Assembly: GCA_016188495.1 (NCBI GenBank) | Contig: JACPHU010000023.1 | Coordinates: 1 to 54,870 of the forward strand | Origin: Candidatus Uhrbacteria bacterium | GTDB lineage: Bacteria > Patescibacteriota > Patescibacteriia > UBA9934 > GWF2-40-263 | Length of the DNA stretch: 54,870 bases | Reading direction: 5' to 3' | In this document: piece by piece, positions 37,813-47,097 of the stretch | How the letters are laid out: each line of letters starts with the position of its first letter | Position numbering within the stretch: position 1 is the stretch's first letter | Position numbers and translations under genes: made by a program | The notes under the pieces: generated by a model | Told to the model about the DNA's origin: nothing | Databases searched by the model: none | The model's input: the letters and a program-made list of their open reading frames with translations, nothing else

Positions 37813-39843
37813 TTAACGCAGGTTAATTCCTTCGATTTTTAATTCTTTATTGATTCGATCTTCCGTGTAGGCCTCAAAAAGATCTCCTTCTTCTGGTTTC
37901 ATTTTCCCCTTATAACTCATTCCTATTTCTTGACCAGCATGAGCTTCTTTCAATTCAGATCTTCCCAACTGAAGACTCTCGATAGAACCTTCACCCACAT
38001 ATTCTCCGTTGCGAGAAATACGAAGCTTGGCACCTCTGGTAATTTTTTCTCCTTTTACTCGACCTCCGACAATCCAACCGTGATCGGTCTTTTTGAAATT
38101 CTTTAACACTTCAAATCTTCCTTGTTCTTCAATCACTGTCTCAGAAGGAAGACGTTTTTTCAATTCTTCAATGACGTCTTCAAAGAGTTTGTAAATAATT
38201 TTGTACTGGCGCAAGTCCACGGACTTGTCGCGAGCGAGTTCTTCTGCTCCTCCCCCGGGTCGGACATTGAATCCAACAACAATCGCATTGGAAGCTTCAG
38301 CGGTATTGATGTCGGCATCAGTAATATTTCCTAATCCTTTTTGAATCACCTTAACCCCCACCTGTGGATGTTGAATTTTATCAAACATTCCCAAGATAGC
38401 TTCAAGGGACCCTAGAACGTCCGCGCGAATAATCAAATTCACTACTTGTTTGGATGCCTCATCATGACCTTCTTCTGATTCTTTCGTGACGTGTTTAATA
38501 GACGCCACTTCCTCGGTCGCCTTCAAAGAGGAATCCGTTGACTTGATCTTCTTGAGCTCTTTGACGTCTAAGGGGACTTCCATCACGTCTCCAACCGTAG
38601 GAGCAAGTTTCCAACCAATAATTTTGGCTGGGGTTGAGGGAGTCGCTTCTTTCAAGTCCTCTCCTTTCCAGTTTTGCATGGCGCGCACACGACCGTAGTG
38701 CAAAGATCGCACACCCAAATCATCACCAACGCGAAGTGTTCCACTTTGGACCAAGACAGTGGCAACCGGGCCAGTTCCTGGATTAAGATTGGATTCGATG
38801 ACGGTTCCGATCGCTCGAGCCCTTGGATTGGCCACGATATGTTCTTTTTCCATTTCTTCGACGATCAAGAGCATATCCAGAAGTTCCTCAATGTGTTCTC
38901 CTGTTTTGGCACTGAGTGGAACCATGACGGTTTTACCACCCCAATCTTCTGGAATAACATCTAATTCAGAAAGTTGTGTTTTTACTTTATCAATATTTGC
39001 GCCTTCACGATCGATCTTGTTCAACGCAACAACAAAAGGTAAGTGAGCTGATTTGATAATATTGATCGCCTCTTTTGTCTGTGGCTGGACACCGTCGTCT
39101 ACGGCAACAACCAGAATCGCAATATCTGCTACCTTTGCTCCACGAGAACGCATCACCGTAAAAGCTTCGTGACCTGGCGTATCAATAAACGTGAGCTGTT
39201 TGCCCTTTCGTTCTACTTGATAGGCCCCGATATGCTGAGTGATTCCTCCAGCTTCTGTGGCCATGACGTTTGTCTGACGAATGGCATCCAACAGTTTGGT
39301 TTTTCCATGGTCAACATGCCCCATCACCACAATAACCGGCGGACGTCTTTGTAAATCTTCAGGGTTTTCTCCCTCTGCTCGATTTCGGATTTTATCAACT
39401 CCCTCTGTATCCATTTCTTTATTGCCTTCTTCTCTTTGCGCTTTAAATCCAAGATCCTCCGCAAGAATAGAAGCGGTATCAAAATCGATACGCTCATTAA
39501 TGGCGGCTAAAATACCGTTGCGCATCAGCTCTTGCATGACGCGGGGAACAGGCATATTTAAGGCTGAGGCAAAATCACGAACCGTCATCACGGAAGGCAA
39601 ATTCACCGACGGACGCTCGGAATCAGGAATGTCTCTTCGTGAATTCAACGCTTTTTGCTGTTGGACTTTCTCGGCCAAACGTTCCTTCCGGCGCATTTCA
39701 TTCCAAGCTTCGGTGATATTTTGTGCCTGGCGTGTATCGATTTTAATCGCCTTTTTTCCAACGCTAAAACCCAATTCCGGAAGCTTATTACGGAGTTCTT
39801 CGGGATGGACTCTAAGGCGTCGAGCAAGCTCTGTGATGTTCAT
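37813..39843 (-). CDS. infB: translation initiation factor IF-2
   Basis: GHVDHGKTKLLD, DTPGHEAF and NKID GTPase motifs. The likely start is MNITELARRL at 39843. The ORF is open to 39912. Confidence 0.9.
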   Translation of the reverse strand: MNITELARRLRVHPEELRNKLPELGFSVGKKAIKIDTRQAQNITEAWNEMRRKERLAEKVQQQKALNSRRDIPDSERPSVNLPSVMTVRDFASALNMPVPRVMQELMRNGILAAINERIDFDTASILAEDLGFKAQREEGNKEMDTEGVDKIRNRAEGENPEDLQRRPPVIVVMGHVDHGKTKLLDAIRQTNVMATEAGGITQHIGAYQVERKGKQLTFIDTPGHEAFTVMRSRGAKVADIAILVVAVDDGVQPQTKEAINIIKSAHLPFVVALNKIDREGANIDKVKTQLSELDVIPEDWGGKTVMVPLSAKTGEHIEELLDMLLIVEEMEKEHIVANPRARAIGTVIESNLNPGTGPVATVLVQSGTLRVGDDLGVRSLHYGRVRAMQNWKGEDLKEATPSTPAKIIGWKLAPTVGDVMEVPLDVKELKKIKSTDSSLKATEEVASIKHVTKESEEGHDEASKQVVNLIIRADVLGSLEAILGMFDKIQHPQVGVKVIQKGLGNITDADINTAEASNAIVVGFNVRPGGGAEELARDKSVDLRQYKIIYKLFEDVIEELKKRLPSETVIEEQGRFEVLKNFKKTDHGWIVGGRVKGEKITRGAKLRISRNGEYVGEGSIESLQLGRSELKEAHAGQEIGMSYKGKMKPEEGDLFEAYTEDRINKELKIEGINLR

Positions 39844-39953
39844 GGAAATGGGGTTAAGACAAAGTAACGAAAAGTCTTTCGAGAGTTTAGCGAAAAATAC
39901 AGAAAAGGTCAATGATTGTCAGAGATGAAGATCCCGTTTAAAATAAACCGACT

Positions 39954-40664
39954 ATGCAAGGTTTTCTTCTTGTAAATAAACCGTCCGGGATGACCAGTCA
40001 CGACGTTGTTAACCGTGTCAGAAGATTCACGGGGGAAAAGTGCGTTGGTCACGCCGGAACACTGGATCCTTTTGCTACAGGACTTCTTATCGTTGGAGTC
40101 GGACGTCCGGCAACTAAAGAAATGAACCGCTTTGTCGGTCTCGACAAAACCTACGAGGCAGTTTTTCTTTTGGGAGCCCAGTCGGATACGGATGATAAGG
40201 ACGGTCATATTCAACCAGCTCCGCTCAAAACGATTCCAAAAAATAAGGAGGAATGGGAACAACGACTCAGTGAGTTTGTAGGAGAATTGGAACAAATCCC
40301 CCCTGCCTATTCGGCCATAAAAATTGGAGGCAAAAAAATGTACGAAGCGGCACGATCAGGGAAACCCATTGAAGCAAAGGCCCGAAATGTAACGGTATAC
40401 TCTATTGAGTTAACAGGCATTCCATCACCCCACGACCCCACGACCCCATCACTCTCTCTTAACATCCACTGTTCTACCGGGACCTATATTCGAGCGATTG
40501 CACGGGATCTAGGAAAAAAACTCGGGGGCGGAGGGTATGTGGAAGAACTTAAACGTACTTCCATCGGTCCGTTCTCTCTTCATCAATCTTACAATCTGGA
40601 ATCTCTGAAAGAAACCGCTGAACAGGCGCTTATTCCGGTTGAAAAATTGATTGAATCTCTTTGA
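39954..40664 (+). CDS. truB: tRNA pseudouridine(55) synthase
   Basis: GFLLVNKPSGMTSHD and GHAGTLDPFATGLL. Confidence 0.85.
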   Translation: MQGFLLVNKPSGMTSHDVVNRVRRFTGEKCVGHAGTLDPFATGLLIVGVGRPATKEMNRFVGLDKTYEAVFLLGAQSDTDDKDGHIQPAPLKTIPKNKEEWEQRLSEFVGELEQIPPAYSAIKIGGKKMYEAARSGKPIEAKARNVTVYSIELTGIPSPHDPTTPSLSLNIHCSTGTYIRAIARDLGKKLGGGGYVEELKRTSIGPFSLHQSYNLESLKETAEQALIPVEKLIESL

Positions 40665-40883
40665 CACACACCCCTCTTATTGTTACTGTATGAAAGAGAA
40701 TTATTAATGATTATTGACTGGAAGATGCTCACGGATCTCGCGGAAAAAGCTTATTTTATGCAACATTTTGAGTCTAAATTGTCTGTAGTAAAAACGTGTT
40801 CCTTGTTAGGGAAACGTTTGTTGTCGTAAAAAATTCTTCCGAAAATCTGTAAAAATGAGCTTCTCCATACGTAGAGAAGTTTT

Positions 40884-42443
40884 ATGTTATTTGAAATTAT
40901 TTTAGTCATTATTGCTATCCTGCTTGGAGGAGGCATCGGCTACGCACTGCGAAAAGCTCAAGGAAAAAAATCAGCAGACCAAGCCGAAACACGAGCAGAA
41001 AAAATACTTGCGGAAGCCAAAGTCAAACAACAGGAAATCCTCCAGGAAACAAAAACACGTGAACAAGAGGTTCTTATTCAGGCGAAAGAAAAAGCCCTAA
41101 AAATAATCGACGAAGCCAAACAAGATGAACAAAGTCGTCGCAGAGATCTTCAGGACCAACAACGAAGACTAGAAAAACGAGAATCACTCTTCGATCAAAA
41201 AATCCTGGAGGTCGAAGACAAGAAAACGAAATTAGAAGAAAAAAGTAAAGAAATAGAAAGCATAAAACAAAAAATTACTCAGATAAAAGAAGAACAATCT
41301 GCAAAACTTCAGGAAATTGCGGGAATGAATAAAGAACAGGCGGAACAAAAATTATTGCACGCTATCGAACAGGATTCCCAAGAAGCTCTCATGAGCCGCC
41401 TGCGCAAATTAGAACAAGACAATGAAGAAGAGCTGGAGATAAAGTCTAGAAAAATCCTCTCTTTGGCTCTTACCCGCTATGCGTCTTCTGTCTGCAGCGA
41501 TACCACCACCACAGCGGTAGAGCTTCCAAATGACGAAATGAAAGGTCGTATCATTGGAAAAGAAGGACGTAATATCAAAGCGATTGAAACCCTCACGGGA
41601 ACAGAAATTATTGTCGACGATACCCCTGAACTCATCACGATTTCTGGTTTCTCCCCTATTCGCAGACAAGTCGCCAAACGAGCGCTAGACGAACTGATTA
41701 AAGACGGCCGAATTCATCCCGCGCGTATCGAAGAAGCGATTGCAAACGCAAAAAAAACAATTGCAAAAGATCTCCGAAAAGCAGGTGAAGAGGCCCTGTA
41801 CCAACTGGGAATTCCGGTTTCTTCCATCGATCCAAAACTGATCTCTATTTTGGGTCGTATGAAATACCGTACCAGTTACGGTCAAAACGCACTCCAACAT
41901 TCCATCGAAGTAGGAACGATCGCCGGAATGATTGCTGAAGAACTCGGAGCCGATGTGTTTATCTGTAAAAAAGGCGGTCTCTTCCATGACATCGGGAAAG
42001 CCGTGGACCACGACATGCAAGGAGCACACCCGGAAATCGGATACAACATCATGAAAAAATTCGGATTCCCGGAAGAACTTTGCTATCAATCCATTGCCCA
42101 CCACGAAGACCGTCCTCGAACCATCGAGGGAGCTGTGGTCAAAGCCGCTGACGCCATTTCAGGAGCCCGGCCTGGAGCGCGCAAACAAAGCCTTGAACAA
42201 TTCATTCAGCGTATGGAAGAACTTGAACGCACGGCTTCTGCTTTTGAGGGAGTTGAGAAAGCGTATGCGATTCAGGCCGGACGAGAAGTACGCGTGTTTG
42301 TCCAACCAGATAAAATCGATGATTTGACCGCTTATCGACTGGCAAAAGACGTGGCAACCAAAATCGAGGCAGAACTGTCTTATCCAGGCGAAGTAAAAGT
42401 AACGGTCATTCGAGAAACGCGAGTCATCGAATTTGCAAAGTAG
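40884..42443 (+). CDS. rny: ribonuclease Y
   Basis: N-terminal TM helix, K/E-rich coiled coil, KH motif GRIIGKEGRNIK and an HD domain (LFHDIGKA, HHEDRP). Confidence 0.9.
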   Translation: MLFEIILVIIAILLGGGIGYALRKAQGKKSADQAETRAEKILAEAKVKQQEILQETKTREQEVLIQAKEKALKIIDEAKQDEQSRRRDLQDQQRRLEKRESLFDQKILEVEDKKTKLEEKSKEIESIKQKITQIKEEQSAKLQEIAGMNKEQAEQKLLHAIEQDSQEALMSRLRKLEQDNEEELEIKSRKILSLALTRYASSVCSDTTTTAVELPNDEMKGRIIGKEGRNIKAIETLTGTEIIVDDTPELITISGFSPIRRQVAKRALDELIKDGRIHPARIEEAIANAKKTIAKDLRKAGEEALYQLGIPVSSIDPKLISILGRMKYRTSYGQNALQHSIEVGTIAGMIAEELGADVFICKKGGLFHDIGKAVDHDMQGAHPEIGYNIMKKFGFPEELCYQSIAHHEDRPRTIEGAVVKAADAISGARPGARKQSLEQFIQRMEELERTASAFEGVEKAYAIQAGREVRVFVQPDKIDDLTAYRLAKDVATKIEAELSYPGEVKVTVIRETRVIEFAK

Positions 42444-42484
42444 ACCTTGTTAAAAACCGAAATCTCTGCTATGCTTAGAGCAAT

Positions 42485-42775
42485 ATGAACAAAGCAGATT
42501 TAGCTACACTCCTTGCAGAACAGTTAGATGTGTCTAAAAAACTGGGGGAAGATTTTGTTGCTGCTCTTGAAGAAATCATCACACGGGCTCTGGCCAATGG
42601 AGAAGAAGTCACAATCGCCGGATTTGGAACCTTCAGCTCTCGTATGAGGAAGGGACGCATCGGAGTCAATCCCCAAAACCCTTCTGAAAAAATCGAAATT
42701 CCATCCGTGTTAGTACCCAAATTCAAAGCAGGAAAAGCACTCAAAGATACACTGAAAGGAAAACGAAGTATCTAA
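42485..42775 (+). CDS. hup: HU family DNA-binding protein
   Basis: MNKADLATLLAE..., GFGTFSSR and RIGVNPQNPSEKIEIP. Confidence 0.85.
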   Translation: MNKADLATLLAEQLDVSKKLGEDFVAALEEIITRALANGEEVTIAGFGTFSSRMRKGRIGVNPQNPSEKIEIPSVLVPKFKAGKALKDTLKGKRSI

Positions 42776-42776
42776 T

Positions 42777-42806
42777 AAAACAGCCCCAAAATGGGCTGTT
42801 TTATTA
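42777..42806 (+). terminator. intrinsic terminator after hup
   Basis: AAAACAGCCC (42777-86) / GGGCTGTTTT (42793-802) followed by ATTATT. Confidence 0.7.
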
Positions 42807-42905
42807 TTGACAACATTTTTATTTTTCATTATCTTTACCTGTCGCAGAGTTGTATATACCAACAACTCTGCACTCAAAACCCTTCTACGTTAGGAGTGGT
42901 CGATC

Positions 42906-43292
42906 ATGGCTGAAACTCGCAGAATTACCCTTGGTGTACTAATCCTCATGTTCATCTTGGGTATCATTGCAGCCGAATGCTCAAACTCTCAAAAAGAAGC
43001 GGATTTGGTCAGTAAACTTGGTGATTTTTGTAGTAATGTTAATAACAAAAATTGGTATACCGCGGCCTGGGCGCCCAAGTCAGCCCAGAAGATGTGCGAG
43101 ACCAAAGCCAAACGCGAAATGCGGAACTTCGTCCTTGAGGGCAATCTCAGACCTTGCAGCTTCGGTGGTATTCCCATGTTCTGCCGGACTCTGTCCAACG
43201 GGAACCTGGTCCTCTATCAGTCCGACAGGGAGTCACTTGAAATCACGGTGGCTGATCTGGATCGGATCCGTCCACACCTTGCTGTTTATTGA
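42906..43292 (+). CDS. small secreted/membrane-anchored Cys-containing hypothetical protein
   Basis: The N-terminal hydrophobic segment ITLGVLILMFILGIIAA is followed by a 100-aa domain with 5 Cys. TAGGAG lies upstream. Confidence 0.45.
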   Translation: MAETRRITLGVLILMFILGIIAAECSNSQKEADLVSKLGDFCSNVNNKNWYTAAWAPKSAQKMCETKAKREMRNFVLEGNLRPCSFGGIPMFCRTLSNGNLVLYQSDRESLEITVADLDRIRPHLAVY

Positions 43293-43317
43293 TAAGTCAA
43301 TTGAAAGGAGAACGTTT

Positions 43318-43431
43318 ATGCTTGGATGGCTCGTATGGATGTCGTGGTGGCTGGGAGTCGGCGTGATCTTGTTGGCAATCATAGCTCTGATCTTGCTAAC
43401 CGTTCTTGCCTACATGGGTAAGATTCAATAA
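43318..43431 (+). CDS. 37-aa hydrophobic micro-protein (single or double TM)
   Basis: ATG 43318 is preceded by AAGGAG at 7-nt spacing. Sequence MLGWLVWMSWWLGVGVILLAIIALILLTVLAYMGKIQ. A strong terminator follows. Confidence 0.5.
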   Translation: MLGWLVWMSWWLGVGVILLAIIALILLTVLAYMGKIQ

Positions 43432-43485
43432 TCTCAAACGCAACGAAAACGATCCTCTACACACGTCTTTAAGACCACACATAAA

Positions 43486-43520
43486 CCCCCACTTGATTTG
43501 GTCAAGTGGGGGTTATTTTA
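43486..43520 (+). terminator. intrinsic terminator
   Basis: 11-bp stem CCCCCACTTGA (43486-96) / TCAAGTGGGGG (43502-12) followed by TTATTTT. Confidence 0.75.
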
Positions 43521-43538
43521 AAAAATAGGAAAGAAACA

Positions 43539-43567
43539 TTGACATTTTTTGAAAAAAAAGATATGGT
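43539..43567 (+). promoter_or_regulatory. sigma-70-like promoter for the vWA cluster
   Basis: TTGACA (43539-44), a 17-nt spacer, then TATGGT (43562-67). Confidence 0.5.
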
Positions 43568-43572
43568 CGTCG

Positions 43573-43601
43573 ATCTCATACACACAACGTCTGTATGAGA
43601 T
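43573..43601 (+). promoter_or_regulatory. 10-bp inverted repeat just downstream of the -10 (operator or 5' leader hairpin)
   Basis: ATCTCATACA (43573-82) / TGTATGAGAT (43592-601). A second imperfect inverted repeat TTCTCAGAAAA/TTTTTTGAGAA follows. Confidence 0.45.
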
Positions 43602-43661
43602 TCTCAGAAAATATCTTAATTTTTTGAGAAAAGTGTTCTCTCACAACCAAAGAGGAAAACC

Positions 43662-45308
43662 ATGAAGAACGTGCAAAGAAACCTTCTGCTTCTTATGGGT
43701 TCGTTGCTACTGCTGTTTACCTCCTGCAAACCCAGAGAGGAACAGTCGGATGTTCCCACTCAGTCACAGACTCAGAATGGCCCTGAAACCTTCCGTGTGA
43801 TCGCCGGATCCGAAAATAAGGATCTGGAACCGATCCTCCAGCGTTTTGCCAAACAAGAAGGCGCCTCTCTGAACGTAACTTATCTGGGCAGCGTGGATAT
43901 CGCCCTGCAATTGGAATCGGGAAACGTCGAGGCAGACGCTGTCTGGCCGGCGAGTTCTCTCTGGATTCAGTTTGCGGACCGCAACAAGATCGTCAAAAAT
44001 ACCAAAAGCGTCGCACGTTCGCCGATCGTATTTGGGGTCAAGATGTCCCGAGCAAAGGAACTGAAGTGGACGGACCGTACGGTCTCTGTGTCGGATATCC
44101 AATCTACTGCAGAAAACGGCAATCTCAGATTTGCTATGACCTCGGCGACACAATCCAATTCCGGCGCCTCCGCCTATCTGGGATTTCTTTCCGCTTATGC
44201 TGGAAGTCCGGATGTTCTCCTGTCAGAGCATCTGCAAAATGTAGACGTTCAGGATAAGACAAGAAAACTGTTGGCAACCGTGGATCGGTCATCGGGATCA
44301 TCCGGTTGGCTTCGGGACCAGATCGTCAAAGACCCGACGTCGTTTGATGCGATGGTCAATTACGAAGCCATGCTCATCTCTGCCAATCGAGACCTGGTCG
44401 CCCAAGGACAAGAGCCTCTATGTGCCGTGTATCCCCGTGACGGGCTGACTATGGCAGACTTCCCTCTGGGATTTATCGATCACGCAAACCCGGCGAAGGT
44501 AGCCTTTTTCGGAAGGCTCCAGGATTACTTGCTCTCAGCCCCGGTCCAATCAGAAATTGAACGGCTGGGACGCAGAACAAGCTTGGTCGGAATCGAATCC
44601 AACGCCACAGACATTTTCAATCCCGCGTGGTGCATCGATACCAAACGAACGATTTCGTCTGTGCCGCTGCCAAGCGCGCAGGTTATTCGCGAAGCGCTCG
44701 AGCTGTATCAGACTCTCCTGCGCAAGCCCTCCTTTTCCGTATTCGTTCTGGATTACTCGGGCAGTATGAGCGGTGAGCGCGAACAGGCCATGAAAAAAGC
44801 CATGGGAACGCTTCTGAATCCCGAATCGGCGCGCAGATATATGTTGCAGCCCTCTGGCAGAGATATTAACGTCGTTATTCCCTTCAGCGCCGAGGTGATC
44901 GACGTGTGGAAAACCGAAGGGAACGATCCTCCTCTGCTTCACCACCTGCTTCAAAACATTCAGCAAATGAACACGAGCGGGGGAACAAGCCTCTATACCG
45001 CCACAGCAAAGGCTCTGGCGTATATGGAGGACTATCAAGCGGAACATCCCAATCGGAAAGATCCCAAACATCTCTCTGCATACTTTCCGGCGATCATTCT
45101 GATGACGGATGGGGAAGCTACGGACGAAAAGAGTATTCTGGACGAATACCTGCGACAGCATCCAACAGCCAAAGACACGCCGATCTTCGGTATTCGTTTT
45201 GGTGAGGCCAGCGAAAGTCAACTGGATGCGCTTACCCAAAAGGGACGGGTATTTGATGGAACAAAAGACTTGGCGAAAGCCATGAGAGAAGCCAAGCAGT
45301 ACAACTGA
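43662..45308 (+). CDS. lipoprotein fusing a periplasmic solute-binding-like domain to a von Willebrand factor A (vWA) domain
   Basis: Signal/lipobox LLLLFTSC. An SBP-like N-terminal half (FRVIAGSENKDLEPILQRFAKQEGASLNVTYLGS). A vWA MIDAS motif (VFVLDYSGSMSG, TSGGTSLY, ILMTDGEATD). Confidence 0.7.
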   Translation: MKNVQRNLLLLMGSLLLLFTSCKPREEQSDVPTQSQTQNGPETFRVIAGSENKDLEPILQRFAKQEGASLNVTYLGSVDIALQLESGNVEADAVWPASSLWIQFADRNKIVKNTKSVARSPIVFGVKMSRAKELKWTDRTVSVSDIQSTAENGNLRFAMTSATQSNSGASAYLGFLSAYAGSPDVLLSEHLQNVDVQDKTRKLLATVDRSSGSSGWLRDQIVKDPTSFDAMVNYEAMLISANRDLVAQGQEPLCAVYPRDGLTMADFPLGFIDHANPAKVAFFGRLQDYLLSAPVQSEIERLGRRTSLVGIESNATDIFNPAWCIDTKRTISSVPLPSAQVIREALELYQTLLRKPSFSVFVLDYSGSMSGEREQAMKKAMGTLLNPESARRYMLQPSGRDINVVIPFSAEVIDVWKTEGNDPPLLHHLLQNIQQMNTSGGTSLYTATAKALAYMEDYQAEHPNRKDPKHLSAYFPAIILMTDGEATDEKSILDEYLRQHPTAKDTPIFGIRFGEASESQLDALTQKGRVFDGTKDLAKAMREAKQYN

Positions 45309-45323
45309 AAGGAAGGAACGACG

Positions 45324-45947
45324 ATGACCGCAGGACAACGCGAACTCGTAGCAGGAACTGCGGCAAGCACAACGTTCCTGCTCTTATTCCTGCTTACGCC
45401 GATCCCCATCTTGCTCGCCGCAGGTCTTGCCAGCGGCATGTACCTAGGAAGCCGGTTATTGATTCGTGAACATGGTCCAAAAAAACTCACGGATGGATTT
45501 GAAGAACTGGTACGAACAGGTCTTTCCCAATCAGAACGTTTTCTTGTACTGGCCTCGGCTATCAAAAATGAAGCCATCCAAGAACGCGTGAAGCATGTCG
45601 GTGAACGGTTAGGACGCATTTTTCAAGAACTGGCACACCATCCGCAGAACACGGAAAAGGCGAGATTGTTCGTCACCTTGTATCTACCTAAAACTATCGA
45701 GCTGATTGAGGTCTACATCCGCCTTACCGCTCTGACTGGACTCAACGATGAAGACCGGCAAAGAATCCAAGAGATGGAGACGACGATCAATATGGCGGCA
45801 GATGCTCTTAAAGAGCTCCACCGCCAGATGAGCCAAGAAGATGTCATGGAATTTGATGCGGCCAATGGTACGCTGCAACAAATATTACGCATGGAAACCG
45901 ATTACACATCGACATATGCGTCGATGCACAAAGGAGTAGAGGAATGA
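45324..45947 (+). CDS. XpaC-like (5-bromo-4-chloroindolyl phosphate hydrolysis protein family) two-TM helical protein
   Basis: Two N-terminal TM helices, then a helical domain of about 140 aa (LVLASAIKNEAIQERVKHVGERLGRIFQEL...LYLPKTIELIEVYIRL). Size and architecture resemble B. subtilis XpaC. The assignment is by recollection only. Confidence 0.4.
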   Translation: MTAGQRELVAGTAASTTFLLLFLLTPIPILLAAGLASGMYLGSRLLIREHGPKKLTDGFEELVRTGLSQSERFLVLASAIKNEAIQERVKHVGERLGRIFQELAHHPQNTEKARLFVTLYLPKTIELIEVYIRLTALTGLNDEDRQRIQEMETTINMAADALKELHRQMSQEDVMEFDAANGTLQQILRMETDYTSTYASMHKGVEE

Positions 45948-47038
45948 AATGGGACCGAGTGTTGGGAGTCCTACTGCTACTGGCAGTGGTCGTCAGTTCT
46001 GTGGTGTATCTCAGACGTGGGAGTAAAGAAGAAAGCCTGCGAGAACAGACGCAGGAAGAGGTTACAATCAGTCTATTGGTAGGAGGAGAAAAAATCGCCT
46101 TCCTCCAAAATCCGAAAATGGTCGAAATCCTCAAAAACCGCTATGGAATCACCCTGGATGCAAGCAAGGCCGGAAGCATGCAGATGGTGGCAACAATCAA
46201 TCCTGGAAAAGACTGCCTTTGGCCGTCCAATCAGGTTGCATCAGAGTTCTTCCAGCACCGTGGTGGGACTTGGGCTGCCAAAGAAAACATCTTCAGCTCG
46301 CCCCTGGTGTTCTACGCCTGGGACAAAGCCGGAGAGAGTCTTGCAAAAGCTGGAATGATCACGAAAAAAGACACCAGCTATTACCTGGACCTGAACCTTC
46401 TGGTATCCGCCATCTCCGCAGGGAAAAAATGGTCGGATATCGGCCTGACAGATCTGTACGGAAAAATCCGAGTATCTTCCACGGATCCCAATCAAAGCAG
46501 TTCGGGAACCATGTTCACTGGCCTATTGCTTACCATGCTCAACCATGGGGAAACACCCACAGAAAGCACGGTGGACACGGTACTGCCACAGGCGACAGAT
46601 TACTTCAGGCAAATGGGAACAATGGAGCAGAGCTCCTCAGATCTGTTTACCAACTTCCTCAAGCAGGGTATCGGCGCCCGACCCATTATCGCTGGGTATG
46701 AAAACCAGCTGGTCGAGTTCTCGCTCACCAATCCTGAATATCAGCAAATCCTCAGAGACCGAATCCGGACAATCTATCCGGTTCCCACGACCTGGAGTGA
46801 ACATCCGCTCATTGCCCTAAACTCGAAAGGAAAGAGACTCATTCAGGCTCTGAAAGACCCAGAAATCCAAAAGATCGCCTGGGAAGAGCATGGATTCAGA
46901 TCCGGGCTGATGGGGGTGCAAAACGATCCGAAAATCCTGGCAGTAACAGGAATTCCGGAACAAGTAACCTCCGTTATTCCGATGCCCAGTGCCCCGGTCA
47001 TGGAAAAAATCTTGACCAGCCTGGGGACAGGAAATTAA
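45944..47038 (+). CDS. membrane-anchored solute-binding-like protein, paralogous to the N-terminal half of the vWA lipoprotein
   Basis: ATGA start/stop overlap with the upstream gene. An N-terminal TM helix, then ISLLVGGEKIAFLQNPKMVEILKNRYGITLDASKAGS, which parallels the SBP half of 43662-45308. Confidence 0.55.
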   Translation: MKWDRVLGVLLLLAVVVSSVVYLRRGSKEESLREQTQEEVTISLLVGGEKIAFLQNPKMVEILKNRYGITLDASKAGSMQMVATINPGKDCLWPSNQVASEFFQHRGGTWAAKENIFSSPLVFYAWDKAGESLAKAGMITKKDTSYYLDLNLLVSAISAGKKWSDIGLTDLYGKIRVSSTDPNQSSSGTMFTGLLLTMLNHGETPTESTVDTVLPQATDYFRQMGTMEQSSSDLFTNFLKQGIGARPIIAGYENQLVEFSLTNPEYQQILRDRIRTIYPVPTTWSEHPLIALNSKGKRLIQALKDPEIQKIAWEEHGFRSGLMGVQNDPKILAVTGIPEQVTSVIPMPSAPVMEKILTSLGTGN

Positions 47039-47064
47039 TCCTCTTTGACTCACTCAAAACGAAA

Positions 47065-47097
47065 ACGACCCTCCAATCAGGAAGGTCGTCTTTTTTT
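47065..47097. terminator. bidirectional terminator between the vWA cluster and proS
   Basis: ACGACCCTCC (47065-74) / GGAAGGTCGT (47080-89) with one mismatch, followed by T7. Confidence 0.65.

Noticed and set aside
40707-40835. 42-codon ORF (MIIDWKMLTDLAEKAYFMQHFESKLSVVKTCSLLGKRLLS) in the truB-rny spacer.
   Set aside because: The RBS is weak and there is no recognisable motif. It could be a remnant or chance ORF in AT-rich DNA.
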